A stretch of 64,000 nt of DNA, taken from assembly GCA_902515205.1 (NCBI GenBank), contig CABXTU010000002.1:1443-65442 (forward strand), in the 5' to 3' direction. Below the pieces are notes generated by a model. It was given only the letters and a program-made list of their open reading frames with translations, had not been told where the DNA came from and searched no databases. A program made the translations under genes and the position numbers. This document shows positions 29,464-39,498 of the stretch, one piece after another. The stretch is from an uncultured Pelagibacteraceae bacterium. Lineage in GTDB: Bacteria; Pseudomonadota; Alphaproteobacteria; Pelagibacterales; Pelagibacteraceae. Numbering within the stretch: position 1 is the first letter of the stretch; the number at the start of each line of letters is the position of its first letter.

Positions 29464-30594
29464 ATGGTTAAAATTAGCCTAATTGAAAAAAAAGAAAAAA
29501 ATTTATCTATTAAGTGGAGTGATGGTGAACAAAGTAATTTCAATTACTTATGGCTAAGAGATAATTGTCCAACCGCTCATGACAAAAACTCAAATCATAG
29601 AATGTTTAATATTCTTGATGTTCCTTTAAATATTGAAGCAAGAAAATGTAAAATAAATGATGATGGAAAACTTGAGGTTGTTTGGAGCGCAGGTAATCAT
29701 ACAAGTTATTATGATCAAGAATGGCTTAGAAAAAATTGCTATACTATTAATAATAAAAAAGAATATTTATCTCCTTATCAGTTATGGGATTGTTCTTTGC
29801 AAAAAAGTTTAAAATCAATAAGTATTGAGCATGATGAAATCATAGATTCCAAAGAGGGCCTGATTAAGTGGTTAGAACTATTACATCATAAAGGTATTGC
29901 TATTGTTAAAAATTCACCAACTGGAGAAAAATCAGCATTTAAAGTTTTAAACAGGATTAGCCACACTCGAGAAACTTTTTTTAAAACACCTTTTGAAGTA
30001 ATAAATATTCCTAAACCAAATAATTCTGCTTATACAGCACATGCTTTGAGAAATCACATGGATCTACCCTGGTTTGAAAATCCACCTGGTTATCAATTTC
30101 TACATTGTCTAGTAAATTCAGCTAAAGGTGGTAATTCTTCTGCAGTGGATGCTTTTGCTGTTGCTAATTATCTAAAAAATAATGAAAAAAAAATTTTTGA
30201 AACATTAGTAAAAATACCACTTAAGTTTAGAGATAAAGATTACACCCAGGAGGCTCATAGAAGTTTTTATGCTCCAGCAATTTCTTTAACTAAGGATGGC
30301 GATTTTAATGATATAAGATTTAGTGTTGCAACTATGGATGCTTTAGATTGCCATCCAAGTTTAATGAGAGAAGTTTATGAAGCTCACCATAGATTTGGTA
30401 ATCTTTTACATGATGATAAATTTCAAATAAATTTTAGGCTTGCTCCAGGAGATATTTTTTCTTTTAACAACAGAAGAATTTTACATGGTCGAACTGAATA
30501 TGATCCGAATTCTGGTCATCGCCATCTTCAAGGATATTATATGGATCGTGATGAAATAATTGGAAGATTGAGTTTTCTTAAAAAATCTAAATAA
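29464..30594 (+). CDS. Gamma-butyrobetaine dioxygenase-like (BBOX/TMLH family)
   Basis: N-terminal WSDG...WLRDNCP...H domain, AYT..ALRNHMD, QFLHC, NNRRILHGR, RHLQGYY. Confidence 0.85.
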   Translation: MVKISLIEKKEKNLSIKWSDGEQSNFNYLWLRDNCPTAHDKNSNHRMFNILDVPLNIEARKCKINDDGKLEVVWSAGNHTSYYDQEWLRKNCYTINNKKEYLSPYQLWDCSLQKSLKSISIEHDEIIDSKEGLIKWLELLHHKGIAIVKNSPTGEKSAFKVLNRISHTRETFFKTPFEVINIPKPNNSAYTAHALRNHMDLPWFENPPGYQFLHCLVNSAKGGNSSAVDAFAVANYLKNNEKKIFETLVKIPLKFRDKDYTQEAHRSFYAPAISLTKDGDFNDIRFSVATMDALDCHPSLMREVYEAHHRFGNLLHDDKFQINFRLAPGDIFSFNNRRILHGRTEYDPNSGHRHLQGYYMDRDEIIGRLSFLKKSK

Positions 30595-30626
30595 AAAAAA
30601 GGCCCTTTATAAAAAGGGCCTTTAAT
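30593..30626. terminator. Intrinsic terminator between convergent genes, probably bidirectional
   Basis: AAAGGCCCTTT-ATAA-AAAGGGCCTTT with A8 on the left (U tail on the minus strand). Confidence 0.85.
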
Positions 30627-30644
30627 TTTTAATATTTTGAAAGT

Positions 30645-31655
30645 TTATTTAAGCCAAGGCTTCCATTTATCTGGATTGTTGTCTAACCACTCTGAAACAA
30701 CTTCTTTTACAGGTCTTTTCTTAATATCAACTTCAACTAACATTTTAGCTTGGTCAATATTTTGTAAAGACATGTTTTCGAAGAACTTCTTAGCTTCTGC
30801 ATTTTCAGCTTTAGCAAACACAGCTGGATTACCATAATTCATTGTGTAATCTTTAGCCCAACCAGTTCCTGGCCAACCTTTTTTTCCACAATCTTTCCAG
30901 TTACCTGCTTCTGTAAATGTATCAGGGTCACAAACTTTGTGATCTGGAAGCTGAACTCCTACCATGTCAAATTCACCAAAGAACCAGTGAGGTGACCATA
31001 GGTATAACATAAATGGTTCTTTTCTCATGTAAGCTGCTTTTGCTTCAGCAATAGCTGCAGCTTCAGTTCCAAGTTCATCTGCTTGAAAGTCAATTCCTAA
31101 AATATCAAGTCTTTTTTGATCATGACAGTTCCAACCAGCTACAGGACATCCAATAAGTCTGCCTCTTTTTCCAGTTTCTATAGTAGCAAATTTAGCTTTA
31201 TGTTTATTTAGATCTTTCCAAGTTTTGATACCAAATTCTTCAGCAGCGTATCTTGGGATCCAATAATCAGATAATCCAATAATTCCTGATGTACCTAAAA
31301 GATCTACACTTCCGTCTCCACTATAAGATCCAACGACTTTACCTTCGTAAATAAGATCTTCATTTAACATTACAGAGTCCGCCTCAGCATAACTTGGCCA
31401 GCTTTCACAAGCAAAATCAATTTCTCCTGCTGCAATTGCTTCCCATAAACCAGTTCCTGATGGAAATACTGTTTGTTTAACTTTATAACCATATTCTCTT
31501 TCAAGAATAGCCACTGCTACTTCACAAGTAATTATACCACCTGTCCAATCTGCAATAGCTGCGTGAAGTCTTTTAGCAGCATTCGCTTGCCCTAAACTTC
31601 CGATTAGAAGCACCATAGATAAAAGTAGTGCTGATATTTTTTTAGTTAATTTCAT
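30645..31655 (-). CDS. Betaine-class (ProX/OpuAC family) ABC substrate-binding protein
   Basis: Signal peptide, DWTG, ESW, GCPVAGWNC, YLWSPHW; strong SD AGGGAGG. Confidence 0.85.
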   Translation of the reverse strand: MKLTKKISALLLSMVLLIGSLGQANAAKRLHAAIADWTGGIITCEVAVAILEREYGYKVKQTVFPSGTGLWEAIAAGEIDFACESWPSYAEADSVMLNEDLIYEGKVVGSYSGDGSVDLLGTSGIIGLSDYWIPRYAAEEFGIKTWKDLNKHKAKFATIETGKRGRLIGCPVAGWNCHDQKRLDILGIDFQADELGTEAAAIAEAKAAYMRKEPFMLYLWSPHWFFGEFDMVGVQLPDHKVCDPDTFTEAGNWKDCGKKGWPGTGWAKDYTMNYGNPAVFAKAENAEAKKFFENMSLQNIDQAKMLVEVDIKKRPVKEVVSEWLDNNPDKWKPWLK

Positions 31656-31756
31656 TAAGTTTCCTCCCTTAAATTTAAAAACTTATTGTAGATCAAAAGT
31701 TATACAAATGTAAACCGGGCAAAAATGGCATTATTGTTAAATAAATTGGTTTTTTT

Positions 31757-33871
31757 TTAAAGACCTAGAGCATTCCTCTGTTTTTTTGTCCAAGCAAGGG
31801 TAATTCTATCAATAATTATAGCCAAAAGAACGATACCTATTCCAGCGGCAAGACCTCTGCCAGTATCTGATCTCGCAAGCCCATTAAAAACCTCTAAACC
31901 CAAACCTTTTCCACCTATAAGGGGGGTTACTATCTGCATTGCAAACGCTAAAATAACAGTTTGATTGAAACCAATTACCAAACTTGGTACTGCCAGTGGA
32001 AATTTAACTTTGTTTAAAGTTTGAATTAGTGTCCCACCAAAGGATCTTGAAACCTCAGAATATGTGCCAGATACTTGCGTTAAACCTAATGAAGTAAGTC
32101 TTATTATAGGGGGAATAGAATAAATAACAGTAGCTAAAACTGCCGATACAATACCACCTCCAAAAAACATTAGAACAGGAATTAAATAACAGAAGTAAGG
32201 AAGTGTCTGCATTGCATCTAGAACTACATTTTGAATGTTTCTAAATCTTTCATTATATGATGCGATTATTCCAAGAGGAACACCAATGACAAAACATAAT
32301 GCAACTGAAACTAAAACAGAAGAGAGTGTTATCATCGACTGGGACCAGATTCCACATGCCCCAATAAAAAGTAATAACAGAGCAGTTATAATTGCAAATC
32401 TTATTCCAACAGTTATGAATCCTAATGCTACAAACACTGCCATAGTATACCACCAAGGTATATGAGTAAAAAAAACATCTAATGGCCGTAATAAATTGAG
32501 ATAAACAAAAGCTCTTAAACTTTTTGCAAATGAAATAAAACCAGGGTTTACCGTTAAACTTTCCACAGCATTGGTAATTGGCTGTCTAATAGACAATCTC
32601 CATTCCTCGGGAAATGAACCAATCTTTAAAAAATATGTGTCAACTAAAACTATTAAGAAAAAAACTAAAAAAGATGGAATTATGTAATATCGTTTACTTA
32701 TAAATTCTCTAATATTTTCTGCTGATATCTTGCTAAATATTGAGATTAAAGATTTAAAAAAGTAAGCAATTAAGTTTGTTATAAATAAACAGATATATTT
32801 TGTTATATCATGCGTAATACTTAAGGGTTTTTCAAAAAATCTAGCTACTTGGTATTTTGCCCAACCTTGGGGAAGTAAATAGAATTTTTGTACGTCTGAT
32901 GGTAATCGTTCTTCAGTTTTACTAAAAGCCATACTAAATCTATCAAACATTATAGCCATAAATAAAATACAAAGTCCTCCTTCCATTGCCCAGCCAACAT
33001 CTAATCTTCTAATTGCTTGCCATACTTGACCACCAATTCCTTCAGCCCCAATAAAACAAGCTAGAACAACTAATGCAAGTGCCATCATTATAACCTGATT
33101 GATCCCCATCATTAAGCTTGGCAAAGATAATGGAATTTTTATTTTAAATAAAAGTTGTAACTTAGTCGAACCAAACGATGTTGCGCTCTCTATAGTCTGA
33201 GCTGGCACTTGTCTAATACCAGTATTAGTTAATCTTATAATTGGAGGCATTGCGTAAATCATCGTAGCAAGAATTGCCGGGGCACCTCCAATACCAAAAA
33301 AAAATACTGCTGGAAATAAATAGACAAAAGCAGGCATCACTTGCATTGTATCCAAAATTGGTTTCATGAAATTATCAAACCTATCGCTTTGAGAACATAA
33401 AACTCCCAAAATAAATCCAAAAAAAACACAAAGTATTACCGATAATCCCATTAATGCTACGGTTTGAAGCGAAGGCTCCCACATTCCGGTTGCACCCCAA
33501 AAGTAAATTACAAACAAAGAATAAAGTCCTAATCTTAAACCTCCTGCAATCATACATGGTAAAAAAATAATTGCTGTTATCAAAATCCAAGGAGACTCAA
33601 GTAAAAAATCTTCAACAAAGTAATAACTAGCTTTAATATAATTAGCTATTATTTTAGTTATCCATCTATAGTTTTTTTTTAAAAAATCCTCTCCTTCGTT
33701 CACCCATGCAGTAAATGTAAATTGATCAGTTATCTCTTTTGGAAATTTTGAAGGTCCATCACTTTGAGAAGAAAGAAAAAGAGCTATAAAAAAAATAAGT
33801 CCAACAACAGTATATGTAATAATATTTTTAGAGTGATTAGTTTTTTTTAAAATTTCGTTACTACTAGACAT
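31757..33871 (-). CDS. ProW-type ABC permease with two fused transmembrane domains
   Basis: Repeated LDTMQVMPAFVYL / LDAMQTLPYFCYL and PPIIRLT motifs; likely start ATG 33871. Confidence 0.88.
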   Translation of the reverse strand: MSSSNEILKKTNHSKNIITYTVVGLIFFIALFLSSQSDGPSKFPKEITDQFTFTAWVNEGEDFLKKNYRWITKIIANYIKASYYFVEDFLLESPWILITAIIFLPCMIAGGLRLGLYSLFVIYFWGATGMWEPSLQTVALMGLSVILCVFFGFILGVLCSQSDRFDNFMKPILDTMQVMPAFVYLFPAVFFFGIGGAPAILATMIYAMPPIIRLTNTGIRQVPAQTIESATSFGSTKLQLLFKIKIPLSLPSLMMGINQVIMMALALVVLACFIGAEGIGGQVWQAIRRLDVGWAMEGGLCILFMAIMFDRFSMAFSKTEERLPSDVQKFYLLPQGWAKYQVARFFEKPLSITHDITKYICLFITNLIAYFFKSLISIFSKISAENIREFISKRYYIIPSFLVFFLIVLVDTYFLKIGSFPEEWRLSIRQPITNAVESLTVNPGFISFAKSLRAFVYLNLLRPLDVFFTHIPWWYTMAVFVALGFITVGIRFAIITALLLLFIGACGIWSQSMITLSSVLVSVALCFVIGVPLGIIASYNERFRNIQNVVLDAMQTLPYFCYLIPVLMFFGGGIVSAVLATVIYSIPPIIRLTSLGLTQVSGTYSEVSRSFGGTLIQTLNKVKFPLAVPSLVIGFNQTVILAFAMQIVTPLIGGKGLGLEVFNGLARSDTGRGLAAGIGIVLLAIIIDRITLAWTKKQRNALGL

Positions 33872-33950
33872 ATTTATGAAATTAGAATAATTAAATTTAT
33901 TTTTAAAGTAAAATATTGTGTATTTTAGCAATAAATTGTAAGCTTTGAGC

Positions 33951-34997
33951 ATGGATAAAGAGCAAAAGATTACTTGTACTAATATATGGAAGTTATTTGG
34001 CCCAGATGAGAAACGAATAATAAAGAATTTAGATAAAAATTTATCAATTAAAGAAGTTCAAAAAAAAACTGGCCATGTAGTTGCTGTCAAAGATGTAAGT
34101 TTTTCAATTCAAAAAGGTGAAACCTTTGTTGTAATGGGATTATCTGGTAGTGGAAAATCAACTTTAGTAAGATGTATTTCAAGACTTATTGAACCCACTT
34201 CTGGCACTGTTAAAATGGATGATGTTGAAGTTACTAAAATGAATTCTAGAGACTTATTAGAACTTAGAAGAAATAAAATGAGTATGGTGTTTCAACACTT
34301 TGGACTTTTTCCTCACAGGACTGTTATTGAAAATATTGGGTATGGACTTGAAGTAAGAGGAACAAAAAAAGATATAAGATTAGAAAAGTCTATGGAAGTT
34401 TTAAAGATGGTTGGATTAGACGGTTGGCAAAATAATTATCCAAGAGAGCTTTCTGGTGGTATGCAACAACGTGTCGGATTAGCAAGGGCACTTGCAGTAG
34501 ATCCAGAAATTTTAATTTTTGATGAACCTTTTTCTGCTTTAGATCCTCTTATAAGAAGAGAAATGCAAGACGAACTTCTAAAAATTCAAGAAAAACTTCA
34601 AAGGACTATGGTTTTTATTACTCATGATTTTTTAGAAGCTATAAAAATGGGAGATCATATAGCTATAATGAAAGATGGTGAGATTTCACAAATCGGAACT
34701 CCAGAGGAAATAGTTTCTAATCCAAAAGATCAATATGTAAAAGATTTTTGTGAGGATGTTCCCAAATATAAGGTTCTGAGCGCAGGCAAAGTAATGAGAA
34801 AAGAATGTGGCGCTGAAACAAAGAGTCAATTTGAAAAAAAAGAGAACTGCATAGAGGATAACTCAAAAATTGAAACTTTAATTGATAAACTAAGTGAGGG
34901 AGATCAAGCTTATCCGGTAGTTTGTTCCTCATCAGGTAAACTACTTGGTGAGATTGACAGATCCATTGTCATGCAATCTATGAAATCAAAAGTTTAA
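33951..34997 (+). CDS. ProV-type ABC ATPase, transcribed divergently from its permease
   Basis: GLSGSGKST, FQHFGLFPH, LSGGMQQRVGLAR, DEPFSALDPLIR; ATG 33951. Confidence 0.92.
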   Translation: MDKEQKITCTNIWKLFGPDEKRIIKNLDKNLSIKEVQKKTGHVVAVKDVSFSIQKGETFVVMGLSGSGKSTLVRCISRLIEPTSGTVKMDDVEVTKMNSRDLLELRRNKMSMVFQHFGLFPHRTVIENIGYGLEVRGTKKDIRLEKSMEVLKMVGLDGWQNNYPRELSGGMQQRVGLARALAVDPEILIFDEPFSALDPLIRREMQDELLKIQEKLQRTMVFITHDFLEAIKMGDHIAIMKDGEISQIGTPEEIVSNPKDQYVKDFCEDVPKYKVLSAGKVMRKECGAETKSQFEKKENCIEDNSKIETLIDKLSEGDQAYPVVCSSSGKLLGEIDRSIVMQSMKSKV

Positions 34998-35926
34998 TAA
35001 ACTTTTTTACTTATCTTTAAAGTCTTTTTATTTTTTTTATCTCTCCAAATAATAATCATTCCTGCCACAATAATTCCAAACACTCCTGGAAAAAGTTGAT
35101 CAATTGGTGTTTCGTCAAAAAAAAGCCAACCAAGAAAAAAGGACGAGGGTATTGCTAAATATTCGAATACAGCAAGCTTACTAGCTTCCATTAATCTATA
35201 AGCATAAATAAAAAGGATTCCTGCAGATCCACCTAAAAAACCAATAGATACTAGCATTAATAAATCACGATAACTTTGAATAAATTTAGTATCAAGTGTA
35301 ATTGCTAGAAGAACAACTGCACCAATTATAGATGATATTAAAGAATAAAATTGAATCTTTGCTGTTGAATTATATTCTGGAATAAATTTGAGAATTATAA
35401 TTGCAATTGAATATAATAGACCAACCATAACCGGATAAATAGAGTAATAAGAAAATACTTCACTGGTTGGTTTCATTATCAGAGCAACTCCAATAAATCC
35501 TATAAATACCGCAGACCATCGATAAATACCAACTTTATCGTTTAAGAAGAGTATAGATAAAATTACAATGAAGAAAGTTGCTGAGAATGTTAATGTTGAT
35601 GCAGTAGCAAAATCCATATTATTGATTGCAATAAAATAAAAAACATTCATAAACAAAAAACATTGACCTCTAATGAAGCAAAGAATAATAAATTTTTTGG
35701 TTATTTTCTTAAATATCTTTAAATTTTCATTGGTATAAAAAATTAATAATAATAAGGGTATAATTGCAAATAAATTTCTAAATAAAACTACTTGATTTGT
35801 AGAGTAAGCATCGCCTAAAAATTTGATAATTATTCCATAAATATCAATAAAAAGAACCCCAAGTATCATAGCTCCAACCGAGAGATAAATAATTCTTGAA
35901 CTAGATTTAATGGATGATTTCTTCAT
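34994..35926 (-). CDS. DMT/EamA family transporter
   Basis: LFRN, DKVGIYRW, VFEY, GWLFFDETP. Confidence 0.85.
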   Translation of the reverse strand: MKKSSIKSSSRIIYLSVGAMILGVLFIDIYGIIIKFLGDAYSTNQVVLFRNLFAIIPLLLLIFYTNENLKIFKKITKKFIILCFIRGQCFLFMNVFYFIAINNMDFATASTLTFSATFFIVILSILFLNDKVGIYRWSAVFIGFIGVALIMKPTSEVFSYYSIYPVMVGLLYSIAIIILKFIPEYNSTAKIQFYSLISSIIGAVVLLAITLDTKFIQSYRDLLMLVSIGFLGGSAGILFIYAYRLMEASKLAVFEYLAIPSSFFLGWLFFDETPIDQLFPGVFGIIVAGMIIIWRDKKNKKTLKISKKVY

Positions 35927-35974
35927 TTACTTTTTGATGTAATTAATAGTATATAATTAAATTGTTTTTATAAA

Positions 35975-37165
35975 ATGCAAAATTTTCAGCTTAACGAAAC
36001 AGACATCTTATCCAAACAAGATTGGACTTTTCCAACTAATACGGCTTATGGCCCTGGTAGATTTAAGGAAATTGGTGATCATTGTTCTAAATTTGGAATT
36101 AAAAATCCTCTAATTGTAACTGATAATGGAAGCATCAAACTACCTTTTATTACTGAATTAAAAGGACTACTACTTAAAGCTAATATAAAGTCAGATCTTT
36201 TTTCTGATATATCTCCTAATCCAAGAGAGGATGAAGTATCAGTTGGCCGTAAAAAATTTAAAGATGGAAATCATGACTCAATCATTGCTATTGGTGGAGG
36301 TAGTGCAATGGATGGTGGTAAATTAATATGCCTCACAGCAAATAATGAAATACCACTCAGAGATTTTGAATTTGAGCTTACTCCTCCTAAAGTAGGTAAA
36401 GATAACCCATTTCCAAAGATAATAACTATACCAACCACAGCAGGTACTGGTGCAGAAACTGAAATTACAGCAATGGTTACCTACCTAAAGGAAGGAATGA
36501 AATTTTGTATGTGGCATCCAGATGCAAGACCAGTTTTAGCTTTAGTTGATCCTGAATTAACTTTAGGATTACCATCTTCTTTGACAGCTTGGACAGGAGT
36601 GGATGCAATGGTTCATGCAATAGAGGGTTATTGTGTGCCAGGGTTTAATCCTCTCTGTGATGGATCAGCATTAGAAAGTTTATCCTTGATTTCAAAATCT
36701 TTGTACTTAGCAGTTGAAGAACCAAACAATATAGTTGCAAGAGGTGGAATGCATATTGGTTCTTACTTAGGAGGAATAGCTTTCTTAAAAGGATTAGGAA
36801 ATGTTCATGCTATATCACACATGGTGGGAGCAGAATTTAATACGCAACATGGTTTAACTAACGCAATTATATTGCCAGTTGTGCTTAAATATAATCTATC
36901 AGGCATGGACGAAAAGGTTAAGCGTATGTCAGAAGCTATGCAATTTGAAAAGCATTCAGTTGAGTCTTTTATAAATAATATTGAAAAAATATTAGATAGA
37001 CTTCAAATACCAAAAAGTTTAAGTGAAATTGGAGTTACAGAGGATTGTATAGAGAGGATTGCAGAAAAAAGTATGAAAGATCAGGCATATGCAACTAATC
37101 CTAAAAAAGCTTCATTCGAGGATATGAAGGAGATGGTTTCGCAAAGTATTAAAAAAGCTCGATAA
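35975..37165 (+). CDS. Iron-containing alcohol dehydrogenase
   Basis: GGGSAMD, PTTAGTGAE, DAMVHAIE, HAISH, HGLTN. Confidence 0.9.
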   Translation: MQNFQLNETDILSKQDWTFPTNTAYGPGRFKEIGDHCSKFGIKNPLIVTDNGSIKLPFITELKGLLLKANIKSDLFSDISPNPREDEVSVGRKKFKDGNHDSIIAIGGGSAMDGGKLICLTANNEIPLRDFEFELTPPKVGKDNPFPKIITIPTTAGTGAETEITAMVTYLKEGMKFCMWHPDARPVLALVDPELTLGLPSSLTAWTGVDAMVHAIEGYCVPGFNPLCDGSALESLSLISKSLYLAVEEPNNIVARGGMHIGSYLGGIAFLKGLGNVHAISHMVGAEFNTQHGLTNAIILPVVLKYNLSGMDEKVKRMSEAMQFEKHSVESFINNIEKILDRLQIPKSLSEIGVTEDCIERIAEKSMKDQAYATNPKKASFEDMKEMVSQSIKKAR

Positions 37166-37171
37166 GCTTTT

Positions 37172-38587
37172 ATGTTAGAAAATCAATCAGTTAATGAAAT
37201 TCAAAAAAATATTAGAAGTCGCCAAATTTCAGTTAAAGAAGTTTTAGAGTATTATTTAGATAAAATTGAAAAACTAAATCCTCATTTAAATGCTATTGTT
37301 CTTCAAAAAGATCGAGAATTATTAATTAAAGATGCAATCGAAAAAGATAATAACAAACAAATTGAAAAGCCTTTAAATGGACTACCTATAGCAATTAAAG
37401 ATCTTACTGATGTAGTTGGTTTTAAAACAACTTATGGTTTTCCTGGAAAAAAAAATAACCAACCAAAAAAAAATTCTTTATTCGTAAACCGATTAATCGA
37501 TAAAGGAGTAATTGTTATAGGAAAAACTAATACTGCAGAACTAGGTGTTGGAGGACATACTATAAATAGGCTTTTTGGACCGACTTCAAATGTTTATGAT
37601 TTGTCAAAATCTGCAGCCGGATCAAGTGGTGGTGCAAGTTCAGCAGTTGCTGCTGGATTATTGCCATTTGCTGATGGAACTGATCAGATGGGATCATGCC
37701 GTGGGCCTGCGGCTTATGCAAACATTTATGGTTTTAGACCCACACCAGGTTTAATTTCAACAGATCGCACAGGACAAAAAAATAATTTACCAATACTTAC
37801 AACACCAGGATGTTTTGCCAGAAATCCTAATGATATGTGTATCTTATTAGATGAAATTGTTGGGAGCGATTCATTAGATAGATTTTCATTTGATATAGAA
37901 GGATTATTTAAAAATCAAAAGATAAGTGATAAAGAATTTTCAAAATTCAGAGTTGGTTGGTTGTCAAACATGAATGGAGAGTACAACATAGAAAAAGAAA
38001 TATTGGAAATTTGTGAAAATAAATTAAGGGAATTAGAAAAAATAAACATTAAAGTAGAGGAACTTAAACCTAAAATAAATAGTGATTTTCTGTGGAAAAG
38101 TTGGACAACATTAAGAGCAAAAGGTATTTATGAAGATACTTTAGCAATGAATATTTCAGATATTGGTTCTATGACTTACCAAGCAATCTGGGAATATAAT
38201 AAAGGTAAGGAAATAAATTCGGAAGATTTACAATTAGCTATTGAGCAAAAACAGAAATGTTTAAAAGAAATAAATTTAGTTTTTGGGAATTTCGACTTTT
38301 TAGCTTTACCATCAGCTCAAGTTTGTCCTTTTGATAAAAATTTACAGTTTCCAAAAGAAATTAATAATATTGAATTAGACACATATCATCGTTGGCTAGA
38401 AGTTTTTATTCTATCTAGTCTTTTAGATTTACCTACTTTAACTATTCCGGTTGGCTTTAATAAAAATGGTATGCCAATGGGGATACAGATTATTGGAAGG
38501 AATAAGGATGATTTAAAGTTATTTTCTTTTGCAATTAAATATGAAGATGCTTTTAATTACAGTAAGATTAAACCTAAATTAAAATAA
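37172..38587 (+). CDS. Amidase-signature family amidase
   Basis: IAIKD, GKTNTAE, GSSGGAS, DGTDQMGSCR.PA. Confidence 0.88.
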   Translation: MLENQSVNEIQKNIRSRQISVKEVLEYYLDKIEKLNPHLNAIVLQKDRELLIKDAIEKDNNKQIEKPLNGLPIAIKDLTDVVGFKTTYGFPGKKNNQPKKNSLFVNRLIDKGVIVIGKTNTAELGVGGHTINRLFGPTSNVYDLSKSAAGSSGGASSAVAAGLLPFADGTDQMGSCRGPAAYANIYGFRPTPGLISTDRTGQKNNLPILTTPGCFARNPNDMCILLDEIVGSDSLDRFSFDIEGLFKNQKISDKEFSKFRVGWLSNMNGEYNIEKEILEICENKLRELEKINIKVEELKPKINSDFLWKSWTTLRAKGIYEDTLAMNISDIGSMTYQAIWEYNKGKEINSEDLQLAIEQKQKCLKEINLVFGNFDFLALPSAQVCPFDKNLQFPKEINNIELDTYHRWLEVFILSSLLDLPTLTIPVGFNKNGMPMGIQIIGRNKDDLKLFSFAIKYEDAFNYSKIKPKLK

Positions 38588-38592
38588 CTGAT

Positions 38593-39489
38593 ATGAGACA
38601 CCCACACCATTATAAAATTTCAATTGCTTTAGCTATATCAGCTGGAGCTTGGGGAATTTATTGGTTACCACAAAGAATTCTCGAAGATGGTGGTCTTACA
38701 GGAGGTTGGGGCACAATATCTCAAATGATCATTGGTACATTATTATTATTACCTATTGCAGTTTGGAGGTTAAGTAAAAGAAAAGGGACTGGGTTAGAAT
38801 TGCCAGCTATGGGAATTTTAATTGGTGGAGGTTTTATATTATACGCATTAAGCTTTCTTTTAACGGATGTAGTAAGAGCATTAATAATGTTTTATATGAC
38901 ACCCGTTTGGACAACTATTTTTGAAATAATTTTTTTAAAGAAAAAACATGGTTGGCAACGAATTGTAAGTTTAAGTTTAGCACTTGGAGGTTTATGGGTA
39001 GTTTTTGGACAAGGTGGTAACATTCCTTTGCCAGTTAATGCTGGAGACTGGATAGCTCTTTTAGGTGGGGTTATGTTTGCTGGAGGAATGATTAGGCTTG
39101 AGGTAATTAAAACCGATGGAGTATTTCCAATCATTTTTGGTTTTTTCTTTTATGGAACATTATTTAATATTGCAGCTGGTCTCTTACTCGTAGATTATCT
39201 TGGTCCTGTGCCAACCACTGACGCATTTGTGTCAATGACCACTTTCTTAATTCTTTTATCAATTTTTTATTTTATTCCCACTGGTATTGTAATTCTCTGG
39301 GCACCAACCCAGATAGGAGCAGGGATATGTTCAATTCTATTTTTGTCAGAAATTATAGTAGGTGCTGTTAGTTCAAGCATCCTTACGGATGAACCATTTG
39401 GTTGGCGTCAGATAACAGGGTGTTCTTTGATAGTTATTGGTGGAGTAGTAGCGGTAGTTTTATCACCAAAAGAAGACGTTAGTAAGTAA
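38593..39489 (+). CDS. DMT/EamA family transporter
   Basis: WGIYWLP, FYMTPVWT, about 10 TM segments. Confidence 0.82.
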   Translation: MRHPHHYKISIALAISAGAWGIYWLPQRILEDGGLTGGWGTISQMIIGTLLLLPIAVWRLSKRKGTGLELPAMGILIGGGFILYALSFLLTDVVRALIMFYMTPVWTTIFEIIFLKKKHGWQRIVSLSLALGGLWVVFGQGGNIPLPVNAGDWIALLGGVMFAGGMIRLEVIKTDGVFPIIFGFFFYGTLFNIAAGLLLVDYLGPVPTTDAFVSMTTFLILLSIFYFIPTGIVILWAPTQIGAGICSILFLSEIIVGAVSSSILTDEPFGWRQITGCSLIVIGGVVAVVLSPKEDVSK

Positions 39490-39498
39490 AAATTTGAA

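Noticed and set aside
31757-33952. Apparent head-to-head overlaps from the ORF track (also 1113/1170 and 2854/2873)
   Set aside because: Artefacts of longest-ORF starts; downstream ATGs give normal divergent spacing
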